The translations under genes were made by a program, and so were the position numbers. The notes below the pieces were generated by a model that was given only the letters and a program-made list of their open reading frames with translations, made no database searches and was not told the origin of the DNA. DNA of 52,909 bases, filler included, from Sphacelaria rigidula (taxonomy: Eukaryota): assembly GCA_964200075.2 (NCBI GenBank). It is 4 parts of 4 records of this genome, joined end to end, with 100 filler letters (N's around TTAATTAATTAA, not from the genome) between each part and the next. Parts side by side here need not be neighbours in the genome. Positions count along the whole stretch, not along the records: positions 1 to 13,155 come from CAXNAA020003112.1; 3 more parts are not named here. One strand, written 5' to 3'. Numbering within the stretch: position 1 is the stretch's first letter; the number at the start of each line of letters is the position of its first letter. Below, piece after piece: positions 1-12,049 of this stretch.

Positions 1-353
1 AACAAAGGTGGCAATGGCGGCCCGCCCCGACCACAACGGGCTGTGTGGCAACGTGATGGGGACGATAGTATCATCCAAAGCCACAAGTGACGGGCGACCC
101 GCCGGTCGCCGCATCCTGTTGGAAGCTCTTTACCACGGCACATACTGCTTGCTACATCAGATGTACATCACCTAATGCGCACCCTGCACCTGCACCTGAA
201 AATAGACTAGATGAAACTCTCGGTCTTCGTCATAACCCTGCAGTTACATACGCGGATTTTCAGCAACACTTCACTGTTTCGTTTAGACTCCAGACACGTC
301 ATTCCTGACCAGCCTCATTGGTCGTTCTGGAGGCCCGGTCCCAAAAGGGTTAA

Positions 354-480
354 GCGATAGAAAATAAAGCCAAGCACCGCAGAAGGAAGGTGGGGTACTA
401 AAACCAATGACAAAAACAAAGCTCCTGTGTGACTCCGGCTGGTGCGCCCACATATATACCGAAATGTGTAGATCGGAGCC
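354..480 (+). mobile_element. tRNA-derived SINE family A, 5'-truncated copy
   Basis: Matches the 3' half of the copy at 33441-33800 (caagcaccgc..aaggaaggtggg..gctcctgtgtgac.ccggctggtgcgcccaca..ccgaaa.gtgtaga). Confidence 0.75.
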
Positions 481-659
481 ATGCTACGGTAGAAGATCAC
501 TTTTTTGGCAAAAATGTTTCTCGGAATGTTGGACGCGTCACTTTGAGAATCGGCATCATTTTGGCATCATTTTCTCTTGAAAAACACTGAAAATTATGCC
601 GTTTCACGTCTTGACTTTGTGTATTTGTTGGCATGATTTTTTTTTACGATGAACGTCTT

Positions 660-862
660 CCCCTCACACCATGCCCAGCAGTGGAGAGCGAACATGTCGT
701 GGGTACACAGAAATCGACTACGAGGAAAAGGGACTACTGAACCCTTCTCGGGATAACAAAAAAAGGCAAGCGCTGCAGTGAAAACAAAAAAAAAGAACAA
801 GCTCCTGTGTGACCCCGGCTGGTGCGCGCACATATATATACCGAAAGGTGTAGACCGGAGCG
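660..862 (+). mobile_element. tRNA-derived SINE family A, partial copy
   Basis: ctcacaccatgccca..gtggaga..tgtcgtgggtac..gggactactgaacc..gctcctgtgtgaccccggctggtgcgc..ccgaaaggtgtagaccgg, shared with the copies at 13420 and 33441. Confidence 0.8.
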
Positions 863-1059
863 ATTGTAAAGGTTCACATTGCTTTTTCGTGAGTTACATC
901 CTTAGTGGGAGTGTGACACCGGTTGCTTTGCGAGGGTTTTGTCGTGTGCTTTTGCGTTTCCGTCTTTACTTCTGCGATTGTTTGCGAGCAGTTTTTTTCA
1001 GGAAAAACGTTTTTCCATCAGATTTTTTCTCGCAGTGGGTTTCAGCCCATGTGATCCGT

Positions 1060-1370
1060 CGTAGCCTCCGTATATGTAGTCGTGTACTTTTTCCTGTCCT
1101 GAAAAGTACAGCTTTTTTCGTCAATTGTCGTATATGGTGGATCGGATTTCAACCGACTGCTGTACACATGAATATTTTGCTCTTTCGTAAGCAAATTATC
1201 AAATTCTGTAAAATCGTAGCCTCGGTATTTGTAGTCGTGCACTTTTTACTGTCCTGAAAAGTACAGCTTTTTTCGTTGAATGTCGTATATGTTGGATCAG
1301 ATTTTAACCGACTGTTGTACACATCGAGATTTTACTCTTTCGCAAGCAAATTATCAACTCCTGTACAATC
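1060..1370. repeat. Diverged tandem duplication, ~155-bp unit x2
   Basis: cgtagcctc.gtat.tgtagtcgtg.actttt..ctgtcctgaaaagtacagcttttttcgt... begins at both 1060 and 1215. Confidence 0.9.
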
Positions 1371-1413
1371 TCCTACTCTTCAATGACTAATCTACTTTTT
1401 ACTCCGGGTTCTA

Positions 1414-2341
1414 CGAGCTGGGCCAGCTGTGAGGATAACGAAACAACAGAAAGGGCCGGCAGGCGGTAGTTCGAAGAGTTGGGCGCTGAAAATTTGACAT
1501 ATTTGTATCACCAGTCCGGACAGGACTAGTGTCTGTATACTTAAAAAAAAAATAGTAAGTAAGAAGTTAGAGCGACTTGAAGTTCATACGAAAACGGGAA
1601 AATGGCCATAACTCCGTGTTAAATTGAAAGTAACGGATGTACGTTCAACCAGGCGGTGGGCAATCGCGTCCCGGGCACTCCTGTACAATTTCAGCCTATA
1701 ACTCGTCGAATTGGGCTATGACGAGCACTTCTCGTGTGACGGGGCTGCGCCCCCGTGCCCCAGTGATCAAACCAGTAAATATCTGATTCAAATTGCGCAG
1801 GTCACGAGTTCGAATCCCGACACGACCACATGATTTTTTTTTCCACCCGCAAGCTGCTGCCTCTGCCTCCTGCTCAGTTTCAAAGTGTTTCGACCATTTC
1901 TCGACGCTCTTGGCTCTGGTGGCAATATAGCGCAGTCTCAGGCGGTACTTCCCCAAACTACTGACATATGTTACTCTAGGCTCGGTGATTATCTCCCATG
2001 ATGGAGATGTTGACGACCTTGAAGGCATCTTGCAGCAGTACAGACGGTACAGTCCGGTGGTTGCCTGCCTGTGCGGTCCAACTGTGCATCGTAATTCCAC
2101 CGCATGCTGTGAAACGAAACGTCTCCAAGCACGCTAGCACGCGACCTTTTTGGTACAACCCAATACTCAATGCAGTACAATAACATCATCGTCAAAACTG
2201 CGCCGACGGAGCAGCGGCGGTACTGCATGTCACCCGGTTGGTCTGCAGTTCACAGCGATATGCTCAGGTCGCACTGATTCGGTTAACCTGACAAGTTGTG
2301 GTGTTCTCAGGAAATGTTCTCTCTACAGCTGGCCCAGCTCG
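1414..2341. mobile_element. Non-autonomous TIR DNA transposon (family B, TA target duplication, Tc1/mariner-like), long copy
   Basis: Perfect inverted ends TA-cgagctgggccagctgt (1412-1430) and acagctggcccagctcg-TA (2325-2343); internal homology to the copies at 7049 and 34466. Confidence 0.85.
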
Positions 2342-2537
2342 TACTCAATTCTGTGTCTCGCGTCTTTCAATTCCAATAATATCACACCCATGTTGTATCT
2401 TCCTCCTCCTACTCCTCTCATATAAATGAGTTTCATTACCAATACACATATCATATCCTCGGCTTAATCTCTTGGTAGGAGTCATTACCTCCACCCTCTC
2501 CCTTTTGTATTTTATTCTTTTCCAAGCCTATGATGGA

Positions 2538-2604
2538 GGACGGGGCCGCCTATCCGCGGCGGCCCCGTCCGATCCCTGTATATATATATATATATATATA
2601 TATA
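2538..2604. repeat. Perfect 13-bp GC stem-loop followed by a (TA)n microsatellite
   Basis: ggacggggccgcc-tatccgc-ggcggccccgtcc at 2538-2570; (TA)n at ~2579-2604. Confidence 0.85.
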
Positions 2605-3899
2605 GATTTTAAGTCAGAATTGAGCAGGCGAAACTCGAGCCTGGAACAGCGTGGGAGTGCCCCCTAGCCTCTTCATTCGCGGCAACACTGCATTCGCGAC
2701 TCCAACACGCATCTCCATCCTTCCCCCAGACGGCCGCTAAGACGCTACACCATTAACGAACCGAACCGGTGAAGAGCGAACACGAGAAACATAAAGCTAT
2801 CATCATTCTGATTGCTCCTGGACTGGAAAAGGTTGTCCAGAGGACCCTCGTTCGGCGAAGAGGCTCACAGCTCTGTCCTTCCGTGAACACTGGAAACCTC
2901 GTACAGTGCCGTATGGAAAGCTTCCTTTCCTCGACCGTCTCGTGTGATGAATGTCAAATGTCATGAACAAACTAATAGGCACACCCCACATCCCGTCACT
3001 GGAAGGAATCACCCCCCTCCCCCAAAGCAAGTCAACGTATCAAAATCAACATACCCCGTGATTGGTAGTGGTCGAAGCCGCCCGCGTTCGACAGCAAAAA
3101 TAAAATTACACAATAGCAAACAAACAGTGTTCCAATGCAGTACGAGAGGTCTAGAAAAGCTCCATTACGTTACGTTAGAATTACAAGCGTTCCATGCCCA
3201 TGACATCACTGTTCCACCCACATTCGGATGACAAACAGAGGGCCGTGCTGACATGAACTACAAGCAGCGCCACAGTGACCCTGCCAAAACAAATGACAGC
3301 ACCTCAGGCCAAACCATACTCACACGATAAGAACGATAATAGTTGGTGACTTCTTTTGTACGCACATTCACATGCATCCGTAAGTTGTACCCCATGACGC
3401 AGTTGTGCATCCCGATTGTTTCTTTTGCTTGATGTTGCACTTCCCAAGCTCGACCGTCGAAACAACTCCAAACACGAAGACCCCCAAGGGTACCCCCGAA
3501 AGAGACGGCAAGGGCTACCCTCAGGGTACATCTGGGCGCCGCATATCCTTTGCCACCTGCTCCCGAGCACAACCACACCAGAAAGGCGGGGGGTGGGGCA
3601 ACGCGCGTGGTTCGAACTCGGTTGGGGATAGGGTATGAGTTCGAAGTCAATCCCACGTTGGCGTCAAGTTGCCCCAAGTATTGATTTCTGTTTACCCTGC
3701 CTATTACTCACTTAGCCGTCGAGCCGCCTGCCCCATGCCTCAGGAACGTCGTATCGCCGTCCCCCCAAACGGTGCTCCGTCTCAAAAGGGATGCGTGGTC
3801 AATAGTCGAGCAATAAATGACACAAACGAGGAACCGTGCGTGTCAACCGTTGCCCACATTGGACGAAACGATCGTAGCCTTCTCGTCGGGACGTTCCAA

Positions 3900-4108
3900 G
3901 CTGTCGGTAGTCGAACACGTCGGTGCTCCAAGCGGGATGTCTTCGTCCGTCGTCACCTCTTCGCGCCTCTTTTTGGTTGGGGGGGCGTCGTAGGCATTAC
4001 CCCCACCCCCCACCACCCCCTAACCAAAAGGGGCGCATGGATGTGACCACGGTTGAGGACATACCGCTCGGAGCATCACCAGCTCCGATATTTTCGATAA
4101 CCGACAGC
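3900..4108. other. Long imperfect fold-back (~85-bp arms)
   Basis: gctgtcggtagtcgaa..tgctccaagcgggatgtcttcgtccgtcgtcac..gcgcctctttttggtt pairs with aaccaaaaggggcgc..gtgaccacggttgaggacataccgctcggagca..ttcgataaccgacagc. Confidence 0.85.
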
Positions 4109-5375
4109 AAGGAGGGGGCGATTACGGGATCCTGTAGTAAAGATGGGTTTCGGTGTTTCGGGGGTGGGTGTGAAGGCGGCGGTTAGTTACGTGACTCATG
4201 AGACGAGAGGCGGGGGGACCGTCAAATGAAAGATGAGCCCAAGGAAACAGCAACTCAGCAGAATAGGCAGCACGCTTTTATATCAGCGAAAAGGAACAAC
4301 AGACGGGCACCAGCATGAAAAGGAAAGATGTATGAGACACGCGCCACACACATGGAACAAAACCATCGCACGAGGCCATATCTGTTCGGGATTGGATTGT
4401 CGTATCTTGTTCTATTTGTTCCTTCAGCTGTAGAGCATGCAGTACACCGTTTCGCTCTGAAACAGGAAATATCACCACAAAGTGTCTTGGGTATTATGCA
4501 TCACCTTACGGAGAGAAATCTACCCCGTTTCCTCGATTTGCTAAGCCCTGTGGTGTCGAGAATGACCTTCGGATAAAACAAAAACCAAAAACGTATTTTC
4601 TTCATGTTGCTTCCTGTGATATTGATAACAATGGCCATAGCCTTCGCATCACAGTATTTTCATTTCGACATCCCCTGTCTTCGAGCCTCAAACGTTTCCG
4701 AATGTTCCAAGTGTGAAATATCCAACCAAAATGCACACACTCCCCACAGCAGATGGCTCGAGAGCGGATGGTTGATGCTGTTTTCATCGCATCATACTGG
4801 TAACAGACACGAGTAAACAAAGCAACCGGGTGTACATCTCTCAGGATATCCAGCAATAGGACAAACGAATCACACCCCAAAACACACACTCACACGTTCA
4901 TCTTTTCTTTGCCTCTTCTTTGGGCCCCTTCCCGCAGTCCCCGGCCCACTGCTGCTGCTGCGGCGGCGGTGACGACGAGTTGGGGTTCGTGAAAATGGTT
5001 GCCCGTGGCCCTCTTTCCTGACCTTCTCGCCTCTCTGTTCAGGGTGTTCCACCGTGATGCCCATTTTCCTCGTCTTCAATCCCTGATAATTTTGTGACAT
5101 CACACAGTCTTCCAGGGGGGTGACAGCCGTTTCGGCTGACTCGACCGCTTTGGTGTGAATCACGAACAACCTCCCCTTTTCAATCAAAACAGTACGTTCC
5201 TAATCTCACGGTCAGGTTGTTCTTCAAGGCCAATTCAAAACATACAGCGCAAGTGCCCTGGGGCAATATTCTTCAAGTCACGGGCGGAGGGTGCATTTTC
5301 ATTATAAAGAAGCGGTGCTTTTCATGAAGGTTGTCATCGCTCATCTTCAGAAACAAACCCATCCGCAATACAAAA

Positions 5376-5802
5376 AGAGATCCTGAGAAGTGAGGATGAT
5401 TAATGAAACGACGTTTAACCGTAAACAGTGCTTCACTGTCCTAAATTCATTGCAAAAATGTCTTGCACATGGACAACCTAAAGCCCCCCGTTCTCCCTGA
5501 ATCTATTTTCGGGTGCTTCCGGTATTGCGTTTCCCTGAAGGGCATGTGCGAAAACATCGTCGTCGAGCTAAAATCATCCCTTTTCTTCAAATCCGAAATC
5601 GAGGCTAAAGGGTGCTTTCTCCCATACCCTTTTGGGAAACGCGAAGACGAGAAACGCCCCCCGGAAATATTTCAGGGAGGTCGGAGTGCACGAAGTCGCC
5701 CGTATGATCGTCGGTTTCATGACTTTCAGGTCAGGAAAACCACTATCGTTTTGGAGTTGAACGTCATGGTAATGTTCAACCTCATTTATCAGGATCTTCT
5801 CT
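5376..5802. mobile_element. MITE-like element, family C (long copy)
   Basis: Imperfect TIRs gagatcctgagaagtgaggatg ... caacctcatttatcaggatcttctc; same ends as 6035-6193 and 52850-52909. Confidence 0.6.
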
Positions 5803-6034
5803 TCAATTTTTCATGATTCCGTGTTGAATGGTCACCATGATCAATCAGAATGATCATTACCATCCAAACCATTACCGAGCCAACGATATTTTCCCGCTCC
5901 CATCCAGGTCGTTACTGAGCAGATCATATTCTCTCATTCCCGTCCGAACGAACAACCGCGCAAATATCCTGCTCTCAATTACACTACAGCAAAGCGGAAT
6001 GAACTCCTTCCTCTGCTTGGTCAACATGACCTCC

Positions 6035-6193
6035 GAGAGGTGATCCTGAGAAAAGAGGTTGTATTATAAATGAGTCTCAACCCTGAAACCGTGCTTTCCC
6101 TACACAACGGGGATTACTCTTGATGTAGGGAAAGCACTGTTTGGACATCAAGACTCATTTTTTTGTTTTAACCTCATTTTTCAGAATCCTCTC
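6035..6193. mobile_element. MITE-like element, family C (almost entirely palindromic short copy)
   Basis: gagaggtgatcctgagaaaagaggtt..tgagtct..aaaccgtgctttccctaca / tgtagggaaagcactgttt..agactca..aacctcatttttcagaatcctctc. Confidence 0.7.
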
Positions 6194-6849
6194 TTTATTT
6201 CAGCTTTGTAAACAACACATCCACCTCCATGAGGTCCACCTACTATTTCGTGTCGCTCCCATGTCTAGGCATACTAAGTGTTGACCATGAGTTGCCACAT
6301 GGTGGAGAAATACACACAAGGAACGAAACCGCCATCATTACCATCTTGACTGGTTCCCGTACCAATGACCACCAGGGTGGCGCATCACCAAAAACAACTA
6401 CCGTGCATTACCGTGGTGACTGGCTACCGTGGTTAACGTTACCAACCTCCAAAGGGCATATCAAAGCGGCTCCACGACGGTAGTATAGTGTAACCTCTGC
6501 ATAGGGATTTAAATTCATCGCATTGCATGAAATTACGTTAACCAACGGTCATATTATGCGTCACGAACAGTAAAACAACTACACAGTTGTGATTTGGTGC
6601 CGAACATATGGAGGCATACCTCTCGACTCACCAGGAGTTCGGAAATGATGGCTGCACGCACACAGACAAAGAATAACGGCGGCAAGCTCTGGGTTTCCGA
6701 TGTCTTCATGAATTACCATTCATATGATGGAATTACTGTACTACCTCCCCGCATCCGCCCGCTTTATATTTGAATTGCTATACTACCGCCCTACACCCGC
6801 CTGCGTCCGGAGCGTCACATGTGTATGAGGCAAACTCTATCCCTCCTAC

Positions 6850-7830
6850 CGAGCAGTGAGGATGACTTAGTTGAACGGACGGTATATGTGACTTGACCAG
6901 TCGTCCCGTGTTCGAGCCCTCGCCTGGGCTCTTTTTCCCCCGTTCGTGGTGCTCAAGTAGAACACATATGTTTCACACCGGGAGTCGGCTTCGAGTCAAC
7001 TTCGAGTTCTGTCTTGGCCATGTTTTTGTTTTTGTTCGTGATGCGGTACGAGCTGGGCCAGACAAGAGTAGGTGTGAATCTCGCTCAGGCGACGCACCGT
7101 GCGATATAAGGAGTTGGACGCTGAAAGTTTGACAACAGCTTTTTATGATCGAACTGTAAAATATCACGTGAGCAGCAAAAAAAAAAAAAAGCAAAACGTA
7201 ATGGGCATTTGAAATTTCAGCAAAAACAAGAGTACGCCACGAGTCCAGGGAAAAAAGGAGAATCTGCAGCAGGACTCGTGAAGTATCAGTTCCTTGGCTG
7301 CAGAAGATCTTCCTGAAATTTCAGCTCAAGATTCGTTGAATTGGGCCGTGCGTTCAACATTTTCCGTGACGCTGCTGCACCCCTATAAATCGAGTGATGG
7401 GAGAGTCCAAGTGTGGAGGTCATGAGTTCGAATCCCGACAGGTTCTTTTTTTTTTTCGTCCGTCGTTGAGGTTATACATTATGCAGTACATTTCCTTCCT
7501 CTTTTTTTTTTTTGTTTCCAGCGGCGGTGCCATGTGTTACCAGGTTGGTCTACACTTCACAGTGATAAGCTTACTTCGGGTGCATTCGAGAAACTTTTAG
7601 CCGCTTTTAAGCCGGCCCAGCTCGAATGAAAGCACAGTTTTTCCAAACCGGAAGTCGTTATTTTTTTTGTCACGTGACGACAAAAACTGAAAATTGATAT
7701 GTGCTCTGCCGACACTCGAACTGAGCGTTTTTTTCCGCCGCTCGTAGTGCTTAGGTAGAAGACGTTCTCTTCACACCGGGGGTCGAGTTCGAGTTCTGCC
7801 TCAGGATCGTGTTTTTCCGGTCAAATATAT
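6850..7830 (+). repeat. Repeat with tRNA-like units (family D), interrupted by a family B element
   Basis: The unit cgt(g/a)gtgct..gtagaa..tcacaccggg.gtcg..ttcgagttctg occurs at ~6945-7015 and ~7742-7805. Another A/B-box-like unit (tgacttagttg..gtgttcgagccc..T-run) lies at 6860-6936. Confidence 0.45.
7049..7624. mobile_element. Non-autonomous TIR DNA transposon, family B
   Basis: TA-cgagctgggccag ... ccggcccagctcg; colinear with 34466-35051 along its length. Confidence 0.85.
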
Positions 7831-10800
7831 ACAGTTTCTACCGCTGGGAGCGTTGCGGTATTAGAATACAGTTTCTACACTGGGAGTCGTTTTGTTTCTT
7901 GTCATGCGGTGAGAAAAAACTTGACATCAAAACTGCTCTGCCCAGACTCGAGCTTGGGTCCAGGTCTGTCGTGGCGTAGTCGGTACCGTCCATCACACTG
8001 ATCACATGTTCCACGGCTGAAAGCACACAGTGACGGCCGATGATCGTCACGTATCTCTGCCCGTGTCCCCGCCGACCTGCTAGACGGCAGCGACGCGGAA
8101 ATAGTCTTTTATGATTTTTGTCGTGCGGTTGATATACGACGCACCGCCAACTACACCGCAAGCGGTGAAAAAAAGCAGCTCATCTGTAGTTCCGAATATA
8201 AAGGAGGAAGTATCATCGAATAAAGTCAAGGAGAGATACCAAGAGAACAGAAGGCGAACAAACCAATCCCCAAACCTCCCAATGAGAACAAGCAAAACCG
8301 TGAAGAATAGTAATAAGAAGGCATGAGCTGCAACATATAATAATATTATGAAGTCGATTATTTCCCAAAAACACGTTACCCGGCGCCATCAACGAGGTAC
8401 CGATAAGCCTAGACATACCAGTACCAACCACACCAGCGGCAACACCAAAAACGATATATCAAGTACCAATATCTTTTTAATGGTTGAAAAATGACAAAAC
8501 CTCTGTCCCCCAAGTTGATCGGGATTAACGTGAAAATATACCCATTAGATCTGCTACTGTAGCATACAGAAGAAAGAGGGAAAGGAGAGAGTGATTCGAA
8601 TAACTCCAAAACGAGGGTCGAATCAACAACCCCAGGCACCCTTGACATTTTTCTACCAGGGCGTTGTTGTTCTTTCTCATTATGCGCCGACAAAAATGAC
8701 GCGAAATATTGTATCGCCGAGACTCAAAAGCAGGTCTACGTTTCTTGCGAGGCAATCGGTAGCATTCTCGACATTCATCGCTCTTCCACGCCTGCAAGCA
8801 ATCACACAGTAGCGGCCGATTTTCCTCACGTTTCTTCATCGTCTACCCGCCAACCCTCCCGCCGGAACCAGCCTCGAAAACGTCTGGTTTATGCTTCTCG
8901 TGCGGTTGTTATACTACGCCGGCAACTGCACCGCTGCCGGTACACATGATAAATAATGCTCTTCTCAGCCTCCACACAGACACAAGACACCAACTACAAG
9001 AAAGCACGAGAGCTTGGCTGTCGATAACGCTCCACCTTGAACCCCTACCCTTATCATGCCATGCCCTGCCAACTTGCCCTCGGAAGGAACAACATGATGG
9101 GTAGGAGCCACACTCTAGACCGGTTGATGCATTTTTGTTTCCCATATATGTCGACACTTTGCATCGGAGACAGCATCCATTCGTGTCTCGACGTGTGCTC
9201 CAATTGTGAGTATAGATGCCGTGACGTACGTTGGGTTCGTGTCGGCATGTGCTGGAAACGAGGTCGCCTCCCGAGCAACATGTTTCAACATATACTTCCC
9301 TCGTCGCCGCCGGGTATATCGACGAATAGGTATATCGAGGCAAGGAAATATATGAAAAATAGTGATGAAACAGCATACGTCGAGCACAAGCTATGCAAAG
9401 GATATGAATATATATTATCCTACAAGGACCCTTGCCTGCCTTCGGCCGGCCGCGGTGCTTTTCTCAGCGGGTCACGGAGATGAGGTGAACATAGTTTGAG
9501 GGGGTAGGGTACGAGGTGTCGTCTGTGGAGAAGCGCCTTTGCAAGATGGCATCGGAAGAACTAGATGCACACCAGCAGTGACATTATAGTTGGCAACCAG
9601 AGACGTGTAGCACCGTGTCGTCGGCAGGGTAATAACTAATCAGACACGAATGCTGTCAGCCTCAGTCACGGCGAACAAGAGCAAGAATGGTCCATAGTAG
9701 GCTTGTAGCACTCATGGCTTCAACGAATTGTGTGTGCCCTATTTTAATCAACCTTTTTTTAATCATTCCCGTCGCTCGAGTTTCCACCGTTGAGGTGAAG
9801 TGATTGCGTTATGTTTGCCTTGGGTGCGTCTATCTTGTGGCCACGCCTCGATTTCTCGGAGATCACTGAGTGTGCGACAATCAAACAACACGGAGAGCAT
9901 ATATGCGGCACCAGGAATAAATGAACAAATGCCACCACACGTACAAAGTTACCATGAAGCAAACGCGGAGATCACATGAACTTGAGTGTGTCGACCCGCT
10001 GAAGTAACTGCTTGCCAACCGTTACTCCCGGTCTCGTGTTGGGGACTGAGTGTGGTTTGATCCTAGAGTAATGTTCACGCGTCCTGTGCACTGAGATGGC
10101 ACAATTTGTAGGTGTGGCCATGTGTTGATCTTGTTTGTCGAAAGCGCCATCTTCCGTGGGCTATTGTATCCAATGTGTTGGTGCAAAACTTACTTCTTTT
10201 AGTGTGCTCCTGACTTCTGCTTTTTTTCTCCAACACCTCGGTTCCAGTCCGCACCAAACGATGCAACTTTATCACGACCAAATACAGTGGAGTGTCCCGA
10301 TCGCGTGGTTGTGTGATTTATCTCGACACACACGGGGGGCGGTGCATATGGTGTATGTCCCTGCACATGTGAAGCCATATTCATCCGCAAACCCGGCGTC
10401 AACTCTCGAGGCATACTATGGAGGACCGTCGAGTAAATGGGGCGGTCCATCATGGCTTGCTGGCGGATCGTGTATTTGTTAAGGATACATGGTGTGGCCA
10501 TGCATCTGGGATAAGCTGTCAACCGGAATTCATCGGGGTTGTCGTGTGCCGGTGTTGAGGCGGGAGATGAGCTTTCCATGAATTCCAACCAACCCGAAAT
10601 TGATGTCTTCAAGGCATGGGCTTCATCGCTCAAGCGATACCGTGACTTCATGACTTCCCTACGGAATGGACATTCCGTAGCCGATAGACACTGATACGTG
10701 CCACTGTTTCATCGAGTCAACTTGAGTAATTTCATGATCCTACATTTCGAGGTGTATCATTTACTCATTTATGTCTCCTCTCCTGGTTGCGTTGAGTCTA

Positions 10801-12049
10801 TGTGTGCTGAGTAGGTCCAGCATTCAGCAAGGCACTGACTTGAGCTTTTCGTGTGAAAAGGAAAAAGTGCCAGTATGTGTTTCTTTTGTTCTCATAACCA
10901 GGCTTTTCCAGGTGCCTGCTCCTCAGTACGTCGTCTTTCTACCTATCGCTTGGTGGATGGGTCGATATTGGACGAGAAAAAGGTAGGATTCCGTACATTT
11001 TCGGTAGGATGGCCGACTCATTCATGGAAAGACCACTTCCGGTTGTATACCCCGTTTTTAGTAGTGTGGTTTCACATGCTTGTTCGATCAGTTTCCATAC
11101 TCGTATGTTGCATGCATGTCAACGGATTTTGCGGAGACTGAAGGTTTGTAGCCATTCGTCGCCGAGGATCCTACCTGCCTTTTGTGGCCCGGAGTCCTCG
11201 GCCGGTTGTGTCAATGCGCACCACTACATCGGCAGCACGTAATGATGCAGAAATGGTCAGTATGGTACTTATGACGACGACCTCCAAGTCCTCTCAAGCG
11301 TACCACTTCATACGATCAGATGGCTGAACTCGAGTTCAGGTATTTATAGGGACACCTGTGATATACACACATTCGAATCTTGTCAAGCTATATTCATGAC
11401 GCAACTCACGACATCGAAGTGTGGGCCATGAATTCCTTGTTAAGAGGCTTGAGATCTCACTTTCAATGGTGAAAACAAATACATCTCGTAGTTTGTTGTT
11501 TGATCGATGCCATTTTCCCGTACTGCTGTTTTCGGCCGTAGTGTGTGACATGTGTTGGTGTTACGTTTTACATGAGCTGCACAATCCAGTGGAGAACCCA
11601 GTGAAGGAAATACGCAGGGTTTGGCCAAGTTCCTCACCGGAAGAATCGGCAGCACTACGTTTTATTTTGGGAATGGAATGTTTGACAGAGCAAACGCCCC
11701 ACTGATCTTGCCACATAGTAAAGGCCCATGCTAAATATAAATAGCCTGTGTTTACCATTTTCCCTCGAAGTACTGTATGTCGCGGTTGACGATCACTTGA
11801 CAATCTTGACGGCTTTTGAACCGTTGAATATTCTCAGGCAGCATCAGGAGGCACTGCCTGCTCCTCTTGTCCGGTCATGTGGCAGTGGGACTGCTGACAG
11901 CAGCCGAAGTTGTATGCGCTAGAGCCTCTCGCTTCACCGGCGTAGGAGTGGTACGAGCTTGGCAGTGCCCCCGGGAGGGCTGCTTGAAATGGCCATCTGA
12001 TGGCATGACGGGCGTCGACGTCATGGAGGTATAGGCGAACAGGGTTGGA

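Noticed and set aside
1790..1830. Functional tRNA genes here and at ~6860, ~7420, ~33450, ~34820, ~49115
   Set aside because: A/B-box similarity only; no complete cloverleaf with a paired acceptor stem could be drawn, and all lie within dispersed repeats.
10199..11340. 150-aa minus ORF and exon-like plus segments upstream of the EsV-1-7 ORF
   Set aside because: No recognisable domain and no phase-consistent gene model could be built.
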